Assembly (NCBI RefSeq): GCF_034927245.1
Contig: NZ_JAYFQK010000059.1
Span: 151 to 64,150, forward strand
From: Desulfitobacterium sp.
Lineage (GTDB): Bacteria; Bacillota; Desulfitobacteriia; Desulfitobacteriales; Desulfitobacteriaceae
DNA length: 64,000 bases
Direction: 5' to 3'
Every line of letters starts with the position of its first letter. The stretch's first letter is position 1. Positions 26,958 to 36,528 of this stretch are shown here, one piece after another. The notes beneath the pieces are model-generated. The model saw only the letters and a program-made list of their open reading frames with translations. It was not told where the DNA came from and did no database searches. A program made the position numbers and the translations under genes.

Positions 26958-28988
26958 TTATCTCGCTTGTACTGACTTCAGTTGATTAACAAGGGTATCA
27001 CTGATTTTCGATGGAACATCCTCATATTGAAGAAACTCTAAGCTGAAATTTCCTCTGCCTTGAGTTAACGATTTAAGATCAATCGCATAACGCATCATTT
27101 CGGCTTGAGGAACATGGGCAATTATTTTCTGATACTTACCATCTGCTTCCATTCCAAGGACTTTTCCCCGTTTACTATTGAGATCTCCGATTACGTCTCC
27201 CATAAAATCTTCCGGCACTAAAACAGTAACCTCGACAATAGGTTCTAAAAGCACAGGTTGTGCTAATTCCATTCCCTTTTTAAAGGCAATGATGGAAGCA
27301 AGTTTAAAAGCCATCTCCGAAGAATCAACGCTATGATACGATCCGTCTGTTAGGGTAGCCTTGATGCCTGTTACCGGAAACCCTGCCAATATGCCCTCAT
27401 GCATTGCCTCATGTATTCCTTTTTCTACAGCAGGGAAATATTGCTTAGGCACCGCCCCGCCAAAGACTTCTTCCGTAAATTCAAAATTGGCTTCTAATAA
27501 TGGTTGAAGCGTTAACCACACATGTCCGTATTGTCCATGCCCGCCACTTTGTTTTTTATGCTTACCCTCCACTTTAACTGTCTTACGTATGGTTTCCCGG
27601 TAAGCCACTTTGGGCACTCGCGTATTGACAGTCACACCAAATTTTCGCTGCAATTTTTCCATGAGGATTTCAAGATGCATTTCTCCCATACCGTAAAGCA
27701 AAAGTTCCTTCGTCTCGAGATTCTTTTGGGTGCGCATTGTTGGATCTTCCTCAGCTAAACGCGCGAGGGCGCTGCCTAATTTATCCTCATCACCTTTGCT
27801 CTTCGGTGCGATGGTTACTGCAAGGCGAGGTTCGGAAAATTCAATTCCTTTCAATTGAACGGGTTTCTCCTTTGGACAAAGGGTATCTCCTGTTCCGATG
27901 TCTTGTAGTTTGGCAACTACCGCAATATCTCCGGCTTTTATTATTGAAATGGGTTCCTGATTTTTGCCTTTCAGCAAAAAGGGATTTCCCATTTTTTCTT
28001 CCGTATTACGTGTGGCATTATAAATCATTTGATCTGTTTTAAATTGTCCTCCATACACGCGCAAAAAGTTCATTTTTCCCACATAGGGATCCGCCAGGGT
28101 TTTAAAAACTAAAGCACATTTTTCTGAGCGGATTTCCGGTGCAGGGGCATTTTTTGTAATGAAGTCAAGAAGATTACCAATTCCGATATTTTTAACGGAC
28201 GATCCACCTAAAATGGGAACAACAAGGTTTTGGGCAAAGGCAGCCGGTAGAGCCTTTTTGATTTCTTCATCACTTAAGGACTGACCGTCCAGATATTTTG
28301 TAAGAATTTCATCGTCAGCTTCGGCAATGGTCTCTGCTAACACTTCCCGCAACTCTTCCATTTCTTCTAGATATTCGCCGGGAACATCTTTGACAGTATA
28401 TTTACCGCTCGCATTATTCTCAAAGTAATAGGCTTTTTGTTCAACAATATCAATAATTCCTTTAAATTGATCTTCATGTCCGATTGGAATTTGTAAAGGT
28501 GCAAAATGGGTGTGAGGAAATTGTTCTTTTAGCTGTTCAACAACTTTGTGGAAATTTGCATTTTCACGGTCGAGTTTATTAATAAAAAGAAGGCGAGGCA
28601 GCTTTTGTTCTTCCATCAAGTCCATGAGGATCTCTGTTTGCACTTCAATCCCTGAAACACCGCAAAGAACAAGCACCCCGCTCTCAACAACACGAAGTGC
28701 TGATTTCACTTCGCCAAAAAAATCCGAGTACCCTGGTGTATCCAAAATATTGATTTTATATCCTTGCCATTCCACCGGAACATGGCTGGTACTTATTGAA
28801 ACCTTATGTTTGATCTCTTCCGGCAAAGAATCGGAGACGGTATTTCCCTCCATTACTTTTCCCATTCGCGAAATTGCGCCTGAGTTAAACAGAAACGCCT
28901 CCGTCAAAGACGTCTTTCCCGCGCCCCCATGCCCCACCAAACATACATTCCGCAGATTAATCGTGTCATAATCTTTCAAGACAATCAT
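26958..28988 (-). CDS. elongation factor G paralogue (EF-G2-like)
   Basis: 676 aa with a GTPase domain (VGHGGAGKTS, DTPGYSDF, NKLD) and EF-G domains II-V. The G1 motif differs from the canonical AHIDAGKTT. Confidence 0.88.
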   Translation of the reverse strand: MIVLKDYDTINLRNVCLVGHGGAGKTSLTEAFLFNSGAISRMGKVMEGNTVSDSLPEEIKHKVSISTSHVPVEWQGYKINILDTPGYSDFFGEVKSALRVVESGVLVLCGVSGIEVQTEILMDLMEEQKLPRLLFINKLDRENANFHKVVEQLKEQFPHTHFAPLQIPIGHEDQFKGIIDIVEQKAYYFENNASGKYTVKDVPGEYLEEMEELREVLAETIAEADDEILTKYLDGQSLSDEEIKKALPAAFAQNLVVPILGGSSVKNIGIGNLLDFITKNAPAPEIRSEKCALVFKTLADPYVGKMNFLRVYGGQFKTDQMIYNATRNTEEKMGNPFLLKGKNQEPISIIKAGDIAVVAKLQDIGTGDTLCPKEKPVQLKGIEFSEPRLAVTIAPKSKGDEDKLGSALARLAEEDPTMRTQKNLETKELLLYGMGEMHLEILMEKLQRKFGVTVNTRVPKVAYRETIRKTVKVEGKHKKQSGGHGQYGHVWLTLQPLLEANFEFTEEVFGGAVPKQYFPAVEKGIHEAMHEGILAGFPVTGIKATLTDGSYHSVDSSEMAFKLASIIAFKKGMELAQPVLLEPIVEVTVLVPEDFMGDVIGDLNSKRGKVLGMEADGKYQKIIAHVPQAEMMRYAIDLKSLTQGRGNFSLEFLQYEDVPSKISDTLVNQLKSVQAR

Positions 28989-29099
28989 CTCCTTGATATT
29001 TTATTCAGAAAAGGTTTCCCTTTTACTTACTGATTCTCGGAGTTTATTTAGTCTGAAGATAAATGAATTTAACCTTTGTTTAATGATTAACTTTAGATT

Positions 29100-30275
29100 T
29101 CAATAGCTTTCGCTTAGTGCTTTTTCATACTGACCCCAAACAAGGGGTTGGCCGTTGCGAACCATCAGTTTTCCCCTTGCCCAAACATGCTGTATATCAA
29201 GGTTAGCGTCTAGAGCGACCAAATCCGCATCGAAACCAAGACGGATCAATCCCTTTTGAGGAAGCTTAAGAACAAGGGCCGGATTAGAAGTTATGGTACG
29301 TAACGCGACTTCCAGGGGAAGATTATACCGTTTTACCGCTTCGCGAATATCCCGCCATAAGACACGGACAGAGCCTATTCCCATCCCTACTAATTCGCCG
29401 TGGTCATTATATTGGGGCATGCTTCCATTTCCATCAGAGGTTACTGTTACACGGTCATTCAATAATTTACGCTGGGCTAAGAGGTATAAGACATGGGGAA
29501 CCTGCCGTTCCTCGGGAAAATCATCGCACCCGGCAGTGAGATCGACATTTCCACCGGCTTTTAAATGTTCTAAGGCTTGCTCCAGTAAGAAAGATGTCCG
29601 GTTCATATGCGTCGGCATAAATTGGATGATCGGGATTTCAGTTTCTTCCAGGATTCTACGTATGGGTTCAATTCCTTTTTTACCTTCGCCAAGATGAAGA
29701 TGGACAATTCCTGCCTTACCGCCCAGCATTCCGCCAACTCTGGCTTCTGCCGCCAAACGTTCAAGCTCAGCGATTTGAGGCTGGGCAGAACGGTGATCTG
29801 AAATTGCAATTTCACCGGCGCCGATAACTTTATCAATCAGCACTAGGTCCAAACGCAGATCAGCCATTAAGGTACGGGTCGCTTGATAAGCTCCGCTATA
29901 GACAAATGTGGTTAACCCTTCTTTTTCGAGAGCCCTTGCTTTAATTAAAAGTTCCTCCATTGAGTGGGAAACAGCGTCCGTTCCTAAACATCCTACAACC
30001 GTTGTAGTACCTGCCCGAGTTAATTGTGAAAGTTGAATCTCGGGTGTCCTTGAACTCGGACCGGCCTCTCCTCCTCCCCCACAGATATGGACATGAGCAT
30101 CAATGAAACCGGGAACAATCCGTTGGCCGTGAAGATCAAAAACAAGACCTTCAACATAAGGGGGAAAACTCAAATCATTGCCAATGGCGGCAACACGTTC
30201 ATCCACGATAAGGAGGTCATGAGCCTCACTTCTTTCCGGTGTGTAAATCTGAGCATTTCGAATAAGTTGCCACAT
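29100..30275 (-). CDS. iadA: isoaspartyl dipeptidase (beta-aspartyl peptidase)
   Basis: GFIDAHVHICGGGGE... amidohydrolase signature and a length typical of IadA. Confidence 0.85.
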   Translation of the reverse strand: MWQLIRNAQIYTPERSEAHDLLIVDERVAAIGNDLSFPPYVEGLVFDLHGQRIVPGFIDAHVHICGGGGEAGPSSRTPEIQLSQLTRAGTTTVVGCLGTDAVSHSMEELLIKARALEKEGLTTFVYSGAYQATRTLMADLRLDLVLIDKVIGAGEIAISDHRSAQPQIAELERLAAEARVGGMLGGKAGIVHLHLGEGKKGIEPIRRILEETEIPIIQFMPTHMNRTSFLLEQALEHLKAGGNVDLTAGCDDFPEERQVPHVLYLLAQRKLLNDRVTVTSDGNGSMPQYNDHGELVGMGIGSVRVLWRDIREAVKRYNLPLEVALRTITSNPALVLKLPQKGLIRLGFDADLVALDANLDIQHVWARGKLMVRNGQPLVWGQYEKALSESY

Positions 30276-30484
30276 ATTGACAACGCCTCCTATTCGAAAA
30301 TAGAATGCCCCGACCTATGCCAAGATATTCTTTATCCATGGATGACTTTAGTGAGTAATTCTCCATCTTTATCACAAATTCCTGTCGGAGCTCCTCGTTT
30401 AGGGATAATTTTCTCTTGTCATGGATTTTCTATGACAGGCATAAAGTTATACATAACCGGGACCACAAAACGTGGAGGGAACAT

Positions 30485-32017
30485 ATGGGCAAGCGCACTT
30501 TTGTTTATGGTGCTGCAATCTTATTTGCCGCAAATCTTCTCAACCGTATTATCGGGTTTATTTATCAATATCTCATTATGACTCATATCGGAGGCGAGGC
30601 CTATGGCCTATTCCATATGGTCTTTCCTATCTATATGATGGCCTTGGTACTCACCACTGCCGGGGTTCCTATTGCTATTTCCAAAATGGTCTCAGAAGCC
30701 ATTTCCTTAAACCGATTAGCCCGTGCCCAACACATCTTTCGATTGGCTCTAACCTTTTTAACTATATCCGGCGGCTTAGTGGCCTTATCCCTATATTTTA
30801 TTTCACCTTATCTTGCGCACCGATTATTCCCCGATCCACGGGTTTTGAATATTTTTCTCGTTTGTACCCCCGCTATTTTTGTCGTTTCAATATCCTCGGG
30901 TTTTCGCGGCTATTTCCAAGGCGTACAAAATATGGTTCCGACGGCACTTAGCCAAATCTGTGAACAAGTCGTCCGTGTTCTTGTCGGTTTTTCGTCAGCC
31001 CTGATTCTTTCTCCCCGCGGTGCGGAATGGGCTGCAATTGGCTTAGCTCTTGGTATGTTAGCCGGAGAAATCATGGGATTGATCATCATCTTTATTTTAT
31101 ACACCCTAAAAAGAATAAAGCCTTCTCAGGCTGAACCCCCAACCCAATCGGCTCATATCTTTAAAGAGCTTTTCTCCTTATCTTCTCCCGTTACAGCAGG
31201 ACGCCTCATTGCCACAGGACTTTCTTCACTTGATGCAGTGCTTATACCCCAGCGTTTACAAATCGCGGGATACACAGCTCGTGAAGCCACAACCTTATTT
31301 GGACAGCTCGGGGGTTCAGCCTTTACCCTGCTCTCTTTCCCAAGTGTCTTCACTTTTGCCTTAGCAGCCTCCCTGGTTCCTTCGATTTCGGAAGCCTCCG
31401 CTCGGAATCAATATCAAATCGTCAAAATGCGAAGTTCCGAGGCGATCCGCTTAACCCTCCTAATCGGTACTCCCTCTCTGCTCATTCTCTTTTATTTTGC
31501 GGCTCCTTTAACCGCCTTCTTCAAAAGCGAGAGTATCGCCCCAATCCTCAGAATTCTAGCCCTAGGAGGAATCTTTTCTTATCTCCAGCAAACCACTACA
31601 GGTATTCTTCAAGGGCTTGGTAAATTTTATCTTCCCGTTATTAATTCTATTATTTCCGGATTGCTGCGCATTCCCGTTCTTTATTATTTAACAGCTCAGC
31701 CCACTTGGGGATTAAGCGGTACTGCCGTATCATATGTCCTCGGTTACTTGATCATGGCTCTTCTCAATATGGGCGCCCTCATCCGATATACAGGAATGAT
31801 GATCGACTTACCCCGCTTTATTCTTCAGCCCCTCAGTGCCGGTATTGCAATGATGCTTCTTTTTCGAATGTTAAGTATTATGCCTCAACCTTGGATTATT
31901 CCCCTGCAACTTTTCTTTGGTTCAGCGGCTTATATCGTTATCTTATTTCTAAATGGCGGAGTGACCTTTAGGGATCTTCGTAAATTGCCATGGATCGGAA
32001 AATATATCCCTTTCTAA
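30485..32017 (+). CDS. spoVB: stage V sporulation protein B (MOP/MurJ-like flippase)
   Basis: ATG at 30485 follows GGAGGG. MGKRTFVYGAAILFAANLLNRIIGFIYQ...TTAGVPIAISKMVSE matches the SpoVB pattern, with about 14 TM helices. Confidence 0.8.
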   Translation: MGKRTFVYGAAILFAANLLNRIIGFIYQYLIMTHIGGEAYGLFHMVFPIYMMALVLTTAGVPIAISKMVSEAISLNRLARAQHIFRLALTFLTISGGLVALSLYFISPYLAHRLFPDPRVLNIFLVCTPAIFVVSISSGFRGYFQGVQNMVPTALSQICEQVVRVLVGFSSALILSPRGAEWAAIGLALGMLAGEIMGLIIIFILYTLKRIKPSQAEPPTQSAHIFKELFSLSSPVTAGRLIATGLSSLDAVLIPQRLQIAGYTAREATTLFGQLGGSAFTLLSFPSVFTFALAASLVPSISEASARNQYQIVKMRSSEAIRLTLLIGTPSLLILFYFAAPLTAFFKSESIAPILRILALGGIFSYLQQTTTGILQGLGKFYLPVINSIISGLLRIPVLYYLTAQPTWGLSGTAVSYVLGYLIMALLNMGALIRYTGMMIDLPRFILQPLSAGIAMMLLFRMLSIMPQPWIIPLQLFFGSAAYIVILFLNGGVTFRDLRKLPWIGKYIPF

Positions 32018-32271
32018 TGATTCCACCATCGTTTTAATTGGTCACTCCATTGCCAGTATCCCAACAATAGCGTAAATCCTGCAAAAAGAAGGATAAAAAT
32101 TTTATAAATGAAAAATACTTTTAACACCGTAAGTAAGGTTAAAAGCAACGCAATAATTCCGGGAAAAATAAAAAGACGTATTAAACGCTTATCTTTGTGC
32201 TTCCATTTCTCTGGGGAAGAAAAAATAAAGATAAAGAGCACGAAGTAAAACAAAAATACTCCAATAAGCAT
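32014..32271 (-). CDS. small polytopic membrane protein, function unknown
   Basis: ATG at 32271 lies 8 nt after GGAGG. The protein is highly hydrophobic. Confidence 0.45.
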   Translation of the reverse strand: MLIGVFLFYFVLFIFIFSSPEKWKHKDKRLIRLFIFPGIIALLLTLLTVLKVFFIYKIFILLFAGFTLLLGYWQWSDQLKRWWNH

Positions 32272-32388
32272 GATATTTTCCTCCAATAACAATTAACAAT
32301 TTAATCCCCAGATATTCAATACCATAATTCATTCCTGTTTGGTTAAAATAAAAATGTCCCAATTAGCAGAGAAAGGAAGTGCTTTAAT

Positions 32389-32610
32389 ATGGGTCGTAAT
32401 AATCGGAATTCAGGCCTTTTGCCCCAATCTGTTTTGGACGAATTCAAATATGAGGTTGCTTCCGAATTAGGATTAACCGAAAAAATACAAAGTCAAGGCT
32501 GGGCCAACATGACTTCAAGAGAATGCGGTCATGTCGGCGGAAGAATTGGCGGAAGCATGGTTAAAACTATGATTCGCAGGGCTGAAGACAGCCTCAAAAA
32601 TGGGTTATAA
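32389..32610 (+). CDS. alpha/beta-type small acid-soluble spore protein
   Basis: 73 aa; LDEFKYEVASELGL...GWANMTSRECGHVGGRIGGSMVKTMIRRAE is the canonical SASP signature. Confidence 0.92.
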   Translation: MGRNNRNSGLLPQSVLDEFKYEVASELGLTEKIQSQGWANMTSRECGHVGGRIGGSMVKTMIRRAEDSLKNGL

Positions 32611-32623
32611 TTTCTTTATCACC

Positions 32624-32662
32624 GGAAGGAGTTATTGTCAAAGCAGTAACTCCTTCCTTTTG
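32624..32662 (+). terminator. terminator after the SASP gene
   Basis: GGAAGGAGTTA-loop-TAACTCCTTCC hairpin followed by TTTT. Confidence 0.7.
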
Positions 32663-32669
32663 ATTAATT

Positions 32670-33401
32670 TCAATTCATTTTCTCGAGCTTACGATAATCC
32701 GTTAGATCAGAATGCATCGGCGTAATAGAAATAAACTTATTTTGAATGGCATACAGATCTGTTTGCGGGTCAGTTTCCGGAGCCAAAAATCCCCCTTGCC
32801 AAAAATACGATCGACCCCGGGGATCTAAACGATGTTCAAAGACATTTTGGTAAACTGCCTTACCCAGTTTTGTAAATCTAATCCCTTTCCAATCCTTTTC
32901 CGGAAGTGCAGGAATATTGATATTAAGAAGCCCGACATCTGTCCAAGTATTTTGTTTCAAAAACTTGTGGACAAAATGCGCCGCATCTTCAAAGCAATCT
33001 TCATCAAAGCTTGCCAGTGACACCGCAAGTGAAGGAATTCCAAGCAAAACTCCCTCCATAGCAGCTGAAACCGTTCCGGAATAAAAAACATCAGTCCCTA
33101 GATTTGGCCCGTTATTAATACCTGATATCACAAGATCAGGACTTGGAATGATCTTACCTTGGAGGGCCAGCTTTACACAATCAGCAGGATTGCCGCGAAC
33201 AGCATACCCTTTGTATCCCTTCTTCCCTTGTTCCATGACAAAAAGGGGGTCAGAAAGAGTGATTGAATGCCCGGTAGCAGACTTCTGGCTTTCGGGAGCA
33301 ACTGCAAATATTTCCAGTGAATTATCTTGTGCCAAAACCTGCCATAGGGTCTGTAACCCCTTTGCGTAAAAACCATCATCATTAGTCAGTAATATTCGCA
33401 T
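32670..33401 (-). CDS. surE: 5'/3'-nucleotidase SurE
   Basis: MRILLTNDDG... I prefer the ATG at 33401 after GAGGA. Confidence 0.9.
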   Translation of the reverse strand: MRILLTNDDGFYAKGLQTLWQVLAQDNSLEIFAVAPESQKSATGHSITLSDPLFVMEQGKKGYKGYAVRGNPADCVKLALQGKIIPSPDLVISGINNGPNLGTDVFYSGTVSAAMEGVLLGIPSLAVSLASFDEDCFEDAAHFVHKFLKQNTWTDVGLLNINIPALPEKDWKGIRFTKLGKAVYQNVFEHRLDPRGRSYFWQGGFLAPETDPQTDLYAIQNKFISITPMHSDLTDYRKLEKMN

Positions 33402-33423
33402 TTTTGTCCTCATCGCGGCATAG

Positions 33424-33603
33424 CTATTCTACTTCATAAATGGAGATAACCATGCTTTCTTCCTTTTTGGTTAATCCAAACATTAAATGATGTTCTTTTA
33501 AATTTTTGTTTAGAAAGTCCACAACCTTATACATCTCAGGATGAGCATGAACCCGTTGTGTTGCCATTAATTCCAGTTTTCCTTTTCCTTTTTCTTGTTC
33601 CAT
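33424..33603 (-). CDS. YpmA-like small protein (DUF4264-like)
   Basis: 59-aa ORF below the track cutoff. My translation is MEQEKGKGKLELMATQRVHAHPEMYKVVDFLNKNLKEHHLMFGLTKKEESMVISIYEVE, which resembles YpmA-family proteins as I remember them. Confidence 0.55.
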   Translation of the reverse strand: MEQEKGKGKLELMATQRVHAHPEMYKVVDFLNKNLKEHHLMFGLTKKEESMVISIYEVE

Positions 33604-33648
33604 GAATCTCCCTCTTCTCCGACCAAAGCCTGCTATTAGAGTATATCC

Positions 33649-34215
33649 TTATTGATGCTGAATTAACGAAAAAGCTTCTGAACGAGTGACTTGACTTGTT
33701 TTAAATATTCCGCGCACCGCAGAGGTAATGGTTCGAGAACCGGGTTTTTTAACCCCCCTCATCGTCATGCACATATGTTCGGCTTCAATAACGACTAAAA
33801 CCCCCCTCGGATCCAGCATATCCATAATTGAATCTGCTACCTGGGAGGTTAATCGCTCTTGAAGTTGTGGACGTTTAGCAAAACCCTCGACTACCCTTGC
33901 TAGCTTCGAGAGTCCTGTCACCTTTCCTTTTCGCGGAATATAGGCAACATGGGCTTTACCATAGAAGGGAACAAGATGGTGTTCACACATCGAATAAACC
34001 GGGATATCTTTAACAATAACCATCTCTTCATGGTCTTCTGAGAATTGAACTTTCAAATGCTCGCTCGGATCCTCATTTAAACCTGCGAAAACTTCTGCAT
34101 ACATGCGAGCCACGCGTTTCGGTGTATCACGTAAGCCTTCCCGTTCGGGATCCTCTCCAATCCCCTCAAGAATCATATAAACAGCCTGTTCAATCTTATT
34201 AAGGTCAAAACCCAA
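33649..34215 (-). CDS. folE: GTP cyclohydrolase I
   Basis: 188 aa with a TTG start after [28 protein letters not shown] is the FolE active-site signature. Confidence 0.92.
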   Translation of the reverse strand: MGFDLNKIEQAVYMILEGIGEDPEREGLRDTPKRVARMYAEVFAGLNEDPSEHLKVQFSEDHEEMVIVKDIPVYSMCEHHLVPFYGKAHVAYIPRKGKVTGLSKLARVVEGFAKRPQLQERLTSQVADSIMDMLDPRGVLVVIEAEHMCMTMRGVKKPGSRTITSAVRGIFKTSQVTRSEAFSLIQHQ

Positions 34216-34364
34216 AATCTTTCTCCCCCCATTTTATGAAAATTGAATCATTTTAACTTTTTTTAATTCTTTACTAAGATATATCTTATATCTTATCATT
34301 TTCAAAAGAAAAAATAAAATACTGCGATGAGGGGAGATCTTCAGAATGATAATTAATGATTAAA

Positions 34365-35543
34365 TCAGGCAAGTTTCAAAGCTCTATTAAAGCAGTCAAT
34401 GGCCTGCTCATACTCTGAGCAATGTTCATAAATATTACCCAGTAAGGCCCATCCTTCGGAATGTTCCGGCTCAATCTGCAGCAAGCGTTTTACGGTGTCA
34501 ATACCCGCTTCCCAATTTCCTTTTTGAGCATGGCATACTGCTAAATTATAAAGGATTAGGGGATTTTCATTGGCAATTTGTAAGGCCTCTTGATAGTATT
34601 CGGTTGCCTTACGCGACCTTCCCAGTTGAACAAGGGTATAGGCCATATTGTTAAGAAGAATGGGATCATTCTTGGAAAGAGAATAGGCTTTTTCCTGATA
34701 TTCTAAAGCTTCAAGCGATTTCCCCATATTTTGATAAACAGCCGCTAAATTGCATAAAGCATCATAATGATCGGGTTCATATTTTAAGACCATTTTAAAA
34801 TAATGAATTCCTTTCTTTAATTCATTAAGTTGAACATAGCAATAGGCTAAACGTGCAACGATGTCCGGATTTACACTATAACGGAGCGCGCGGTCAAAAC
34901 TAATAGCCGCCTGAGCCATCTGCTGTAACTGTAGATGGCTTTCCGCCTTCATTTCCCAATAATCCGCCCGGCGGGGTTTGAGTTCACAACACCCCTGATA
35001 GCAGCGCAAGGCCTCAAGGTGCTCCCCGTGATAAGTGTAAATTTTGCCTAATCGAAAAAGCAATTCAGTGTTATGCGGGTTCGTACGGATTGCCTTATTT
35101 AAATATTCAATAGCAGCATGCCAATTTCCCTGCTCTAATCTGATATTAGCGAGCATTTCTAAATAGAGCGCATCCTGAGGCTCCTTTGCCAAAGCTTTCT
35201 GAACCCGATCTTCTGCCTCTTCGATCAACCCTTGAGCCATGTAGCATTGGGACATCAAATAAAGGATTTCTGCATCAAAAGCCTTATCTAAGCCAATATA
35301 TTTTTCTAAATAATCCCTGGCTTCCTGGTATACTTCATGTTCAATAAGACGTCTTACAACTCGGAGTTGGGGTCGGTCGGAATCGTTTTCAAGGAGCCGA
35401 AGCCAATTTCTAATCGACTTTTCCAAGTTACCTGAAAAATTCAGACTCCAATCTTCGATCCGTGTGATCCAGGAGGATTTTCTTTCCCAAGAAACTTTCC
35501 GACTGGTTGTTAGAGGAAACATAAGGCGTCGCTCCTTTACCAT
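34365..35543 (-). CDS. TPR-repeat protein
   Basis: About nine tandem 34-aa TPR units (A..Y...G....A...Y..AL...P). Confidence 0.75.
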   Translation of the reverse strand: MVKERRLMFPLTTSRKVSWERKSSWITRIEDWSLNFSGNLEKSIRNWLRLLENDSDRPQLRVVRRLIEHEVYQEARDYLEKYIGLDKAFDAEILYLMSQCYMAQGLIEEAEDRVQKALAKEPQDALYLEMLANIRLEQGNWHAAIEYLNKAIRTNPHNTELLFRLGKIYTYHGEHLEALRCYQGCCELKPRRADYWEMKAESHLQLQQMAQAAISFDRALRYSVNPDIVARLAYCYVQLNELKKGIHYFKMVLKYEPDHYDALCNLAAVYQNMGKSLEALEYQEKAYSLSKNDPILLNNMAYTLVQLGRSRKATEYYQEALQIANENPLILYNLAVCHAQKGNWEAGIDTVKRLLQIEPEHSEGWALLGNIYEHCSEYEQAIDCFNRALKLA

Positions 35544-35620
35544 ATTCTAGTAAATGGTTTCGCCTTATTACATATATTTCCTTTAGAAAAATTGCGTATA
35601 ATTCCGGCAAAAAAGCACGT

Positions 35621-36067
35621 CTATTCTAACGTGCTTTGACATTTCTGGCAATATCCAAAAAATTTAAGATCATGATCGACAACTTTAAATTTAATTCGTT
35701 TATAAATTACAGCTTCCAACGATTCCAATAAATCATCGTCAAACTCAGAAACCGCCCCGCAATTCAAACAAATCATATGGTGATGATGATGTACATCTTT
35801 GCGCGTGAACTCATACCGACTGCACCCATCTCCGAAATCATTTTTCTGCAAGATCCCCAGCTCAGCTAATAAGTCTAACGTCCGATATACGGTGGCTAAT
35901 CCCATGTCAGAATACTCATTTTTAACGAGTGAATATACGTCTTCGGCACTTAAATGTTGATCCGCATTATCCAAGAAAGTCCTTAAAATAGTTTGTCGCT
36001 GAGGAGTCAATTTATAGGAATTATTTCGTAGACGGTCACAAATAACCTCATATTGGTCATTAATCAT
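35621..36067 (-). CDS. Fur-family metalloregulator (Fur/PerR/Zur not resolved)
   Basis: wHTH N-domain, an HHHHH-x-ICLNCG motif and a C-terminal CQKC pair. Confidence 0.88.
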   Translation of the reverse strand: MINDQYEVICDRLRNNSYKLTPQRQTILRTFLDNADQHLSAEDVYSLVKNEYSDMGLATVYRTLDLLAELGILQKNDFGDGCSRYEFTRKDVHHHHHMICLNCGAVSEFDDDLLESLEAVIYKRIKFKVVDHDLKFFGYCQKCQSTLE

Positions 36068-36175
36068 ATTCCTACACCCTCAAATCCTTGTTTACTCTAT
36101 TATATTCCACATGCTCTTTTTTGCAAGATTCTCTCTAAAATAAGCAATGAATGTATCTACTCGAACTCGAACATT

Positions 36176-36213
36176 AAAAAAAATTAAAGGGGCCGTTTTA
36201 CGACAGCCCCTTC
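36176..36213 (-). terminator. terminator after the ykuS-like gene
   Basis: AAGGGGCTGTCG-loop-CGGCCCCTT hairpin followed by a long T-run on the minus strand. Confidence 0.7.
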
Positions 36214-36222
36214 GTAGAAAAA

Positions 36223-36462
36223 CTAGGATAATCGGTCCCGTAAAATTTCAACGACTTCCTCTGCGCTTCGTCCTGAAGCATTGATGATCGGGACGTGCAG
36301 GTTCACAGGGGATGCTAAAATATCCGTGCCATCTCCTTTGACAACTACGGCCCGAACATTTTTCAGGTCATCACCCTCTAGGGAAGTCGTATGAAATCCG
36401 GAAGCGTGTAAAGATTGAACAACATTGGAAAGTCCGGTCTCAACTGCGATTTTTTTGTACAT
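36223..36462 (-). CDS. YkuS-family (UPF0180) protein
   Basis: MYKKIAVETGLSNVVQSLHASGF... I prefer the ATG at 36462, 7 nt after GAGGGGG. Confidence 0.7.
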   Translation of the reverse strand: MYKKIAVETGLSNVVQSLHASGFHTTSLEGDDLKNVRAVVVKGDGTDILASPVNLHVPIINASGRSAEEVVEILRDRLS

Positions 36463-36528
36463 TTTCAAACCCCCTCTGCACCTATTTTTTGTTTTCTTTT
36501 TTTATCTATACCGTTGAAAATTTCCCAG

